DNA of 64,000 nt from a virus. The DNA is taken from IMG/VR virus record IMGVR_UViG_3300028920_002946, positions 32,001 through 96,000 of that record; one strand, written 5' to 3'. The translations under genes and the position numbers were made by a program. Positions within the stretch are counted from its first letter, which is position 1. Every line of letters begins with the position of its first letter. Below the pieces are notes generated by a model that was not told where the DNA came from, searched no databases, and worked only from the letters and a program-made list of their open reading frames with translations. Positions 39,110-46,133 of this stretch are shown in pieces.

Positions 39110-39589
39110 TTACGGGGTTACAATCAAGGAGGCCGCGAGATCGCGCCAGGGGTCGGTGACGGTGATGGTGCCGGACAGGCTGTGGTATGTCGCGGTGACA
39201 TCCAGGCTGCCCTCGTAAACGCCCGCGCATGCGACGGTGAACATCCTCTCGATGGCCTGGACGCCGGACGCGGCGGACACGCGGTATTTCCAGCGCAGGC
39301 GGTAAGTGCCGGTTGGCCAGTCGTCCGCTATGATGAAGTTGGCCCTGAACAGGCCCGTCCGGAGTTCCTCGGCGCGTCTGTTCAGGGATCCGATGCGCTG
39401 CGGGACGCCCGTGGATGGATCCACCCAGGCGACATCGTAGCGTATCCAGTAGGGCGAGTAGGCGTTGGAAATCCCGTCGGGGTGATAGACCGAGTTGGAC
39501 CAGAACGATACGTTGAGGTCGTCCCTCTCCAGCCTGTAGCCTTGGTAGTAAACGCCCGTCTCGCCCATGTCGCCGGCTCCCTCGTACAT
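39110..39589 (-). CDS. Ig-like structural protein
   Basis: Similar to the adaptor N-terminus (PYWIRYDV...PQRIG...TGLFRANF.I..D...G.Y.LRWKY versus PAYIRYSL...EVLIG...TGQYYVDA.L..D...GDWLVRWNF). Confidence 0.6.
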   Translation of the reverse strand: MYEGAGDMGETGVYYQGYRLERDDLNVSFWSNSVYHPDGISNAYSPYWIRYDVAWVDPSTGVPQRIGSLNRRAEELRTGLFRANFIIADDWPTGTYRLRWKYRVSAASGVQAIERMFTVACAGVYEGSLDVTATYHSLSGTITVTDPWRDLAASLIVTP

Positions 39590-39643
39590 GAAGGGCCGGC
39601 GGCGTCACCGCCGTCGGCCCGAGTTCCCCTCTCAGGGCAACCC

Positions 39644-39793
39644 CTAGCTCTTGACGGAGCTCTTGACCTCGCCCGAAATCAGCCCGCTCTGGGTCACTGC
39701 GACCTTGGACGCATCCTTCTTGTCCTTGTTCTGCAGATGCGGGTATGCGTTGGGCTTGGCCTTGTTCTCATAGATTCCGGATCCGTTTGGCAT
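39644..39793 (-). CDS. Small hypothetical protein (49 aa, not in ORF track)
   Basis: AAAGGAGG SD 5 nt before ATG; MPNGSGIYENKAKPNAYPHLQNKDKKDASKVAVTQSGLISGEVKSSVKS*. Confidence 0.6.
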   Translation of the reverse strand: MPNGSGIYENKAKPNAYPHLQNKDKKDASKVAVTQSGLISGEVKSSVKS

Positions 39794-39826
39794 AAGTGCC
39801 TCCTTTATTGCGTGCTGAATCGCGGC

Positions 39827-40228
39827 CTATTCCCCGGGGCCGCCCGGTTTTGGTACCTCGTACGGGTTGGCCAGCATAGAGAAGCTGTCCAGCGTGAACT
39901 CCATGCCGGGTGCGTCGAAGTGGCGCAGGTCGATTGTCTTGACCGGCTCGCCCTCGCCGAAGAAGACAAGACGGTGCTTGACAGGCTGCCCGTCCAGCCG
40001 GAGCAGCTGCACGTCGTTGACCTTCACCTTCAACTCGCGCGCGATGCGGCTGTAGTCCGGGTCGGAGATGAATTTCTTCTTCTGACCCGGCGTGAGGTAC
40101 ACTTTTCTCTCCGTACCGGAGACGGCCGCCTCGATGGCGTTGCTGACGGCGTCGATGTCCGCGGCCTCCTTGAGGAGGCCCTTGGACTCCAGATCCGACG
40201 CGATGCGGTCGAGTCTCTCGGTGATCAT
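39827..40228 (-). CDS. Hypothetical protein with N-terminal LESKG helical tag
   Basis: MITERLDRIASDLESKGLLKEAADIDAVSNAIEAA, followed by an unrelated ~95-aa domain; 4-nt overlap with the upstream gene. Confidence 0.75.
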   Translation of the reverse strand: MITERLDRIASDLESKGLLKEAADIDAVSNAIEAAVSGTERKVYLTPGQKKKFISDPDYSRIARELKVKVNDVQLLRLDGQPVKHRLVFFGEGEPVKTIDLRHFDAPGMEFTLDSFSMLANPYEVPKPGGPGE

Positions 40229-40686
40229 TCCCCGTCCTCCGGCTCGTCTATGTCGAGCACGAGTTCTATTTCGAAGTCGATGGTGCCTTTCCCCTCGTCG
40301 ACATCCGGCATGTAGTCCACCTGGTCCTCCCAGATGTAGTCGTCGAAGTCCTCGTCAAGGTCGCTGGTGTCGAGGTCGGAGTACGTCTTCTTGAGGTAGG
40401 GGATCAGCTTCGGGTTGATCTCCTTCTTGAGATCCCCCTCGTGCTCCTCCACCCAGTCCATGATGGCGGCGTTGAGGACGCGGTAGCTCTCGGGGATCGC
40501 CCCGTCGAACGACAGCCTCATCTTCGCCCACACGTCGACCTGGGCGAACATGTCCCGCTCGCCGTCCGCGACGGCCTCGACGGTCGTCTCGTCGACGCTC
40601 TCGAAGCCGAGGAACTCGACGTCCTTGAGCCGGAGGTTGCGCGAGGCCGCCACCTTCATGGCCTGTACAGCTGAAAGCCTGAGCAT
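40225..40686 (-). CDS. Acidic hypothetical protein
   Basis: 153 aa, operon-coupled; N-terminal AMKVAASR motif. Confidence 0.65.
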   Translation of the reverse strand: MLRLSAVQAMKVAASRNLRLKDVEFLGFESVDETTVEAVADGERDMFAQVDVWAKMRLSFDGAIPESYRVLNAAIMDWVEEHEGDLKKEINPKLIPYLKKTYSDLDTSDLDEDFDDYIWEDQVDYMPDVDEGKGTIDFEIELVLDIDEPEDGE

Positions 40687-40694
40687 CGTCGAAC

Positions 40695-40922
40695 CTACCT
40701 GTAGGTTTTACCGAACTCGCCGTCGTCGGTGTTGGTGAAGTTGGCCCCGTCGATCCCCGTCACGCCCTGGTCCCAGTCGGTCGGCTGCAGGGGGGCCTCG
40801 TACACCTCACCCATGATGCCGGTGTACCCCACGGCGATGTCGATGTCGGTCGATATCTTGTACGGCCCCATGGCGGGGGAAACCGACCCTATGGTGCCCT
40901 GGTTCGTCTTTTCCGTTGCCAC
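40695..40922 (-). CDS. Small hypothetical protein with GxTG motifs
   Basis: 75 aa; contains GYTG and GVTG; fills the gap in a tightly packed operon. Confidence 0.6.
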   Translation of the reverse strand: MATEKTNQGTIGSVSPAMGPYKISTDIDIAVGYTGIMGEVYEAPLQPTDWDQGVTGIDGANFTNTDDGEFGKTYR

Positions 40923-40940
40923 TTTGCGGCCCCCGTCCGG

Positions 40941-41225
40941 TTATCCCCTGCGCACGTCGCTTCCCATGATGCTCGCGCAGAGGCTCTTGAGAGACTTGAT
41001 GTTGTCCGCGTGGGAGAGGGCGTCGATGGGCGCCTGCCTCATGAAGTACGCGTCCTTGAGCTTCTGGAGGATTTCGTTGTTCTCGAAATGGAAGAACACC
41101 TTCCTGGTATCCCTCGTCGTCCTCTTGATCTTGTTGCCCGCCGTGGTGAGGAAGGCGGCCAGGTACAGGTCGCAGGTCTTGTAGCCGTCCTCCGTGGCTA
41201 TCAGGTCGCCGTGGATGTTTCCCAT
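40941..41225 (-). CDS. DUF5659-like small protein
   Basis: YKTCDLYLAAFL...G......RKVFFHF....L...YF.....IDAL.....IKSLK pattern, recalled for DUF5659. Confidence 0.6.
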   Translation of the reverse strand: MGNIHGDLIATEDGYKTCDLYLAAFLTTAGNKIKRTTRDTRKVFFHFENNEILQKLKDAYFMRQAPIDALSHADNIKSLKSLCASIMGSDVRRG

Positions 41226-41280
41226 GCTGTTCCCCTATCGCTATCTTCGATTTGGCCCCGGAACGGCCCATTTAAGCGAA

Positions 41281-41311
41281 AGGTTGCCGAGGCTCCGAAC
41301 CCCGACAACCT
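41281..41311 (-). terminator. Stem-loop (terminator-like) after the 147-aa gene
   Basis: Minus strand AGGTTGTCGGGG-ttcggag-CCTCGGCAACCT (with G-U pairs), followed by TTC; weak U-tract. Confidence 0.4.
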
Positions 41312-41341
41312 CGCGATGTCACTCCTGATGTCGGACGACCA

Positions 41342-41785
41342 CTACAGGTCGCTGTTGCCGTAGTAGTAGCCGGTCTCGCCCGAGGCGGGCGCGCCCGTGA
41401 CGCCGGACTGGTCGTTGGCCAGATTCGCCATCACCGCATCGGTGAAGAGGCCGGAGCCGGTGTCGCCGATGTCCTGCCGCGGCCACTCGTCGGCCAAGGT
41501 GAACGTGCCCTCGGTGAGCACCAGCGGCGCGCCGTTGTGCCCGGTGAACACTGCCGAACTCGCGGCCGTCGAAAAGTACTTGAGGACCCCCTGCAGCATG
41601 CTGAACTGCACCTCGTCCGTGATCTCGAGCACGATCGTCTGTCCCCAGACGATGTATTGGTCCTGCCCGATGTTGTATCCGCCCTCCTGGCCGCCGCCGA
41701 GGCCGAGCCTCTTCGTGCAGTCCCTCAGGTAGATCTTGCCGACGTTCGTGCCGAAGTATTCGACCTTGAGCTGATTGTCTGCCAT
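41342..41785 (-). CDS. Hypothetical structural protein with GxTG-rich C-terminus
   Basis: 147 aa; GDTG, GVTG and GETG in the last ~45 aa. SD AAGGAGG; late-promoter motif upstream. Confidence 0.7.
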   Translation of the reverse strand: MADNQLKVEYFGTNVGKIYLRDCTKRLGLGGGQEGGYNIGQDQYIVWGQTIVLEITDEVQFSMLQGVLKYFSTAASSAVFTGHNGAPLVLTEGTFTLADEWPRQDIGDTGSGLFTDAVMANLANDQSGVTGAPASGETGYYYGNSDL

Positions 41786-41860
41786 CTCATCCTCCTTGGA
41801 TGTGCCTCTCTCTGTTGCTGTTGTTGGCCCCGTGCGGGGCCTGACGTTATTTCAATCCCT

Positions 41861-41874
41861 ATTACTAGATAATT
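41861..41874 (-). promoter_or_regulatory. Candidate late promoter
   Basis: AATTATCTAGTAAT. Confidence 0.65.
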
Positions 41875-41877
41875 ACA

Positions 41878-43173
41878 CTACATAATCATAGCGTGGCTGT
41901 TCCAGAAGGCCTCCGACTGCGACAGCTCCTCGGGGGTGTGCTGGTGGCCTGACCCGCCGCCCTTGATGCCCTTGATGTTTCTTCTGATGGTCTCCGGCGC
42001 CATGGGCGTGCCCGCCGGGGTCGGTTCCGCGTTGAAGGTGATGATGTCCCAGTCCGCCCCTGTCGGCCTGCCGTCCGGCTCCTTCTCGAGCTGTGCCTTG
42101 GAGTACAGCACGACATCGACGTGGTCGGAGGGGATGGGTTGGACGTCCTTGGCCTCGAAATACCTCTGCTCGTACTCCTCCTCGAAGTCGCGCCTCTTCG
42201 TCGTCCTGGTCTTGAGGAGGGGTTCGTTCTGGGGCGTTATCTTGGCGATGGGGCACTTGATGTTCGGATCCTTCACCCTTGCTATCCTCACGAAGTCCGC
42301 ATAGCCCAATTTGGCCTGCCCCGTGCGGATCTGCCTCTCGGCCTCCTTGCGGAGGCTCTCCATCTGCGCGCGCGAGAGTTTCGTGCCGACGAAGTCCGGC
42401 TTCGCCTGCCTGAGCGCGAACTTGTTGATGCCCACCGCCGCCTCCGCATCCTGCTGCGCGGCTGCTGCCTCTATGGTGTTCGAGACGATGTCCAGCTCCT
42501 CGGCCTCCCGGACCAGGCCCTTCGACTCCAACCTTCCAGCTATTTTGTCGATAGCCTCGGCGCATGCATATTTCAAGCCGCTGTATTTGTCCGCCAGGGA
42601 TTCCGAGCCGCCATACTTCTCCATCTGCTCGGTCTCCTCCTGTTTGTCCCATGCGGCGCGCTGCTGCTGCGCCCGCTGCACCATGGCCTTGACCTCGTTG
42701 GGGCCGAGCCTCTTGGCCGTCTGGAACATCTGCTCCACCTTCGCGGCGGGAAGACGACTTAAGATGTTCTGCGTCCAGCGGCCCATCCCGCCGGGCTGCT
42801 CGAAACCGGGCACCACCAGCCAATCGCGGAGTTGCTTACCCTTAAGGCCGACTGCGACCTCGTAGGCATCGTAATCCCCGGGATTGGGGAGATCCTTCTG
42901 TGGGATGCAGTTATGCTTCTGCGAAGCCTGTATCGAGAATGAAAGGCCGTTGGGAAGGTCTATCGGCTCGTTCATCTGAGGGTCGTCGGTTCTTCTTTTG
43001 AGTCTTCTGATGAACTCGTAGTTCGCCTTGCGCGCCTGCGGGGCGCGGGGGTCGATAGCATACGCTTCAACCGTATTGGACACGGTGTCCAGCTCCTCGG
43101 CTTCCTTAAGGAAACCCTTCGACTCGAGGGAGTTGGCGATCCCGTCAATCTTCGAAGCTATCCTGTCGTACAT
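41878..43173 (-). CDS. Two-cargo tagged protein: tag + unknown domain + tag + DUF3228-like domain
   Basis: Two LESKG tags. C-terminal FALRQ...GT...GYADF...ITPQNEPLL...VVLYSKAQL..E......DWDII...PMAPETIRRN.....GGSG......SEAFWNSHAMI matches the DUF3228 pattern as recalled. Confidence 0.75.
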   Translation of the reverse strand: MYDRIASKIDGIANSLESKGFLKEAEELDTVSNTVEAYAIDPRAPQARKANYEFIRRLKRRTDDPQMNEPIDLPNGLSFSIQASQKHNCIPQKDLPNPGDYDAYEVAVGLKGKQLRDWLVVPGFEQPGGMGRWTQNILSRLPAAKVEQMFQTAKRLGPNEVKAMVQRAQQQRAAWDKQEETEQMEKYGGSESLADKYSGLKYACAEAIDKIAGRLESKGLVREAEELDIVSNTIEAAAAQQDAEAAVGINKFALRQAKPDFVGTKLSRAQMESLRKEAERQIRTGQAKLGYADFVRIARVKDPNIKCPIAKITPQNEPLLKTRTTKRRDFEEEYEQRYFEAKDVQPIPSDHVDVVLYSKAQLEKEPDGRPTGADWDIITFNAEPTPAGTPMAPETIRRNIKGIKGGGSGHQHTPEELSQSEAFWNSHAMIM

Positions 43174-43176
43174 CGG

Positions 43177-43896
43177 TCACCCCAAGTATGAGTTGGTTTC
43201 GTACTTGCCGGACGGCATCTTGAACCACGACACCACGAGCTTCGCGTTCTCGATCGGCGTGCGCATGCCGTCCCTCGGCACTTCCCCCAGAGACGCCACG
43301 TCCATGATCGCGCGCCCCTCCCTGCCGGTAAGGAACCCCTCCCACTTCGTGCCGTCCTCGGCTATCGCGACGAGGCCGTTGTCCTCGAGTGCCTTGAATA
43401 TCTCGTCCAACGGTATCTGCGGCCGGTATTCCTTCGACACCTGGCTCAGGATACTGTTGACGCGCTTGCGGCGCGGATCCGATGCCTTCAACATAGGCTT
43501 CGTCTCGCCGGCGTCGATGGTGTTCGCGACGATATCCACCTGCTCGGCCTCGGCGAGGAGCCCCTTGGACTCGAGGTCGTTCGCGATTCTGTCCAAGGCG
43601 CGAGCCACGGACGCTTGAACCGCTTGCGCGGGCCCGCCGATCATGTTCAGCATCTCCGGCGTGATCGGCTTATCGTAAAAGGTGTCAGCTTCATCCTTCG
43701 CGATCTCCCTCGCTTGGGCCACAGACGTTACCACGGAACTGCGTGACACACCGTATCTCGCGTATGTGGTGCCCTCGGCCTCGCGTATTTTGTCCAAGAC
43801 TTGGGCGACGCTGTCGGCAAGTTGTTTGCTGGCGAAGACACCAATAGTCCTAGAACCCTCGTAGTCTCGGGAGAGATAGACCTCATAGATATCCAT
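43177..43896 (-). CDS. Hypothetical protein with internal LESKG tag separating two domains
   Basis: ARALDRIANDLESKGLLAEAEQVDIVANTIDA in the middle of the protein. Confidence 0.75.
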   Translation of the reverse strand: MDIYEVYLSRDYEGSRTIGVFASKQLADSVAQVLDKIREAEGTTYARYGVSRSSVVTSVAQAREIAKDEADTFYDKPITPEMLNMIGGPAQAVQASVARALDRIANDLESKGLLAEAEQVDIVANTIDAGETKPMLKASDPRRKRVNSILSQVSKEYRPQIPLDEIFKALEDNGLVAIAEDGTKWEGFLTGREGRAIMDVASLGEVPRDGMRTPIENAKLVVSWFKMPSGKYETNSYLG

Positions 43897-43910
43897 GGTC
43901 GATCTCCGGC

Positions 43911-44345
43911 CTACGGCGTGACATCCAAGACGCCGGCGATGCTCGGGTCGGTATCCTTCTCGACCTTGATCGGGCGCCAGATGTCGGTGTCGGGGTCGAA
44001 CCCGTAGATCTTCTGGCGAAGGGTCGGATCGATCTCGTCGAGGCGCGGCACGATTATCACCGGGCCGGCCGCCCCCTCCGCTCCCGCCGGCGTGACACCC
44101 TTGAGCCAGAGATAGACGGGCGTGATGCTGTTGAAGGGCCTCGGGAAAGCCACAACCACGTGGTGCTTGCTGTAGTACGCGTCGGCCACGTTGGGGATGT
44201 CCCCGATCAGCAAGGCATCATCGATGCCGAAGTTGCTGGCCCTGTACAGGTTCCAACGCGCGTAGGAGCCATCGAGGTTGAGGTCCCAGAAGACCTCCGT
44301 CTTGTCCCCGTTGAATGCGATCTGGACGGTCGGGGCAACAGCCAT
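43911..44345 (-). CDS. Hypothetical beta-rich (FN3/Ig-like) structural protein
   Basis: 144 aa; VFWD...WNLYRA...YLWLKGV; late-promoter motif upstream. Confidence 0.6.
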   Translation of the reverse strand: MAVAPTVQIAFNGDKTEVFWDLNLDGSYARWNLYRASNFGIDDALLIGDIPNVADAYYSKHHVVVAFPRPFNSITPVYLWLKGVTPAGAEGAAGPVIIVPRLDEIDPTLRQKIYGFDPDTDIWRPIKVEKDTDPSIAGVLDVTP

Positions 44346-44404
44346 GTGGGGCCACCTTTATTGTCTGTTCGAGGGGGCGAAGCGCCCTCCGCAAGGCATG
44401 CCGG

Positions 44405-44418
44405 ATGAAAAGATTATT
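44405..44418 (-). promoter_or_regulatory. Candidate late promoter (tagged-protein operon)
   Basis: AATAATCTTTTCAT. Confidence 0.6.
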
Positions 44419-44422
44419 CGAG

Positions 44423-45301
44423 TCAGCGGCCCGGGTTGCCGCGGCGGTCGCCGCGCTTGAAGTCCCGCACCCTCTTGAAGGCGCGCCCGAGGTGCCTGCG
44501 GTACTCCTCCGTGTCCGCCACGTCGATGTGCTCGCGGACGTACCCCATGATGGCCCTGAAGGCCGTCACCGTGGACTCGACGTCCGACATCGCCGCGTGC
44601 CACCCCTCTATCTTCACCCCCAGGGCCTGCAGGACCCTCTCCAGCGTCGCCGAGGGCCTCCCCTCGGCGTTGCGTATGCCCGACAGCACCTTGGCCGCTG
44701 TGGCGTCCCCAGAGGCCTCCAGCGCCTCGAGCATGGGGTAGAAGAAGAACCTGGCGAACAGCATGGTGTCCCAGACGCCGCGGTTGGGGATCCTCCCCAC
44801 CTTCGTGGCGACCATGCGCAAATCGAACTCCGGGTTGTGGCCCACGAGCAGGGCGTTGTGCCTCGCGCAGAAGTCCTTGAACTCCCGCAGAACCTCCATC
44901 TCGGGCCGGGCCTCGAGGCCGCTCTCCTCGTACCTGGTCATCTTGAGCACGTCCTCGACCGTCATGTGCCGCTTGTCGGCGGGCGTATTCTCGCCAACCT
45001 TCTGCTGCTCGATCTGCCTCCGCGTCTGATCCGTGAGCGCTGCCCGGGCGTGCATCGAGTCGATCTTCTTAAGGTCGGGGCCGCGGACGGCGACGGCGGC
45101 CACCTCGGTCACTTGGTGCGTGTGCTGGTCGAGGCCGGTCGTCTCCGTGTCGAAGAAGATGAAGGTCTCACTCGACAGGCGGTCGAGAAGCTCCCTGAGA
45201 GGCCCAAGATACTTCGCCTTGCCCGTGCCCGCCATCCTCTCCAGATAGGCTTCCACGACCCTCAGGCGCCTGCTCCCCATCCTGTGCATGCTCATCGACA
45301 T
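44423..45301 (-). CDS. DEDDh 3'-5' exonuclease (DnaQ/epsilon-like)
   Basis: ExoI FFDTETTG, ExoII LVGHNPEFD, WDTM, ExoIII HAAMSD. Confidence 0.9.
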   Translation of the reverse strand: MSMSMHRMGSRRLRVVEAYLERMAGTGKAKYLGPLRELLDRLSSETFIFFDTETTGLDQHTHQVTEVAAVAVRGPDLKKIDSMHARAALTDQTRRQIEQQKVGENTPADKRHMTVEDVLKMTRYEESGLEARPEMEVLREFKDFCARHNALLVGHNPEFDLRMVATKVGRIPNRGVWDTMLFARFFFYPMLEALEASGDATAAKVLSGIRNAEGRPSATLERVLQALGVKIEGWHAAMSDVESTVTAFRAIMGYVREHIDVADTEEYRRHLGRAFKRVRDFKRGDRRGNPGR

Positions 45302-45315
45302 ACACAGATAAGGGC

Positions 45316-45329
45316 ATTAGTAGGAAATT
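45316..45329 (-). promoter_or_regulatory. Candidate late promoter (exonuclease), 1 mismatch
   Basis: AATTTCCTACTAAT. Confidence 0.5.
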
Positions 45330-45486
45330 ACTTCCGGATGGGTTCGACGATTTTGCAGAGGTAGCACTCCGTCCAATTCACGGACATATCCTCGTAGAGA
45401 GCGCGGGCGTCGAGTTCGTCCCCGAACGGAATCACCTCGACGGGCGCGTCATCGCGCTTGCGGATCACGATCCACTTGGGTTCCAC
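45328..45486 (-). CDS. Small hypothetical protein (52 aa, GTG start, not in ORF track)
   Basis: (M)EPKWIVIRKRDDAPVEVIPFGDELDARALYEDMSVNWTECYLCKIVEPIRK*; GC3-rich codons; no clear SD. Confidence 0.45.
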   Translation of the reverse strand: MEPKWIVIRKRDDAPVEVIPFGDELDARALYEDMSVNWTECYLCKIVEPIRK

Positions 45487-45505
45487 GGGATCTCGAATGC
45501 GAAAT

Positions 45506-45577
45506 TAATATTAGTTAATATTAAAACGGCTGCCATCGGCATCCGACGGTGCAAAACTAATATTAGTTAATATTAAA
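45506..45577. repeat. Two exact 20-bp AT-only-type direct repeats TAATATTAGTTAATATTAAA, 52-bp period
   Basis: Copies at 45506-45525 and 45558-45577. Each holds two TAATATTA palindromes; the second copy overlaps the MT-A70 stop codon. Confidence 0.85.
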
Positions 45578-46133
45578 TCAGAGACAGGTCCACATCACAG
45601 TCAATCTCGTCACCCCACACATCCCATCCGACAGACTTCTGCCTAGCGAACAGCTCTATTCGCGGAACATCGCCGCAAACATCAACAATCTTTCCCCGTA
45701 TGTCATCAGGCTTTTTAGAATGACCGCCTCTTTGATGCATAAACACATTAGGAATTCTACTCACGGTATCAACCGTAAACCTTCCTCGAGTACCAAACAG
45801 AATATGCTCAGTCGCACCCCTGAAATAAAATCCCATGCCATTGTTAATGACATTTCCTTGCTTATCAACCTTCACCCAGGTAAGAGTTGTTTTGTAACTG
45901 AATCCCCAAGCACTCATAACCTCAAAACCATACACTATCTTAGGATTCGTAACCCACAGAAAAAGGGCGCTGTTGTCGTCCGCTATCTCCGAAACAGGTA
46001 GCCGACAGATCTTCTCAACCGTCATCGTACCGTAATGGGCCTGCGGATTTCCCCCACGAGCGGCTTTTCTCCGCTTCTTCATCTTACCGTAATCCCAAGG
46101 GGGGTCGGCGTAAATAACGCTATACCTCTTCAC
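45573..46133 (-). CDS. MT-A70-family N6-adenine methyltransferase
   Basis: VIYADPPW, LFLWVT, WGFSY...WVK, MGFYFRGATEHILFG, HSKKP, RIELFAR, GWDVWGDE. GTG start overlaps the upstream TGA (GTGA). GC is about 42-47% in sampled lines. Confidence 0.9.
   Translation of the reverse strand: MKRYSVIYADPPWDYGKMKKRRKAARGGNPQAHYGTMTVEKICRLPVSEIADDNSALFLWVTNPKIVYGFEVMSAWGFSYKTTLTWVKVDKQGNVINNGMGFYFRGATEHILFGTRGRFTVDTVSRIPNVFMHQRGGHSKKPDDIRGKIVDVCGDVPRIELFARQKSVGWDVWGDEIDCDVDLSLI

Noticed and set aside
45502-45580. Mini-CRISPR array (repeat-spacer-repeat)
   Set aside because: Only two copies, a 20-26-bp almost pure-AT repeat unlike known CRISPR repeats, overlap with a stop codon, and no cas genes. Kept as an unexplained repeat.
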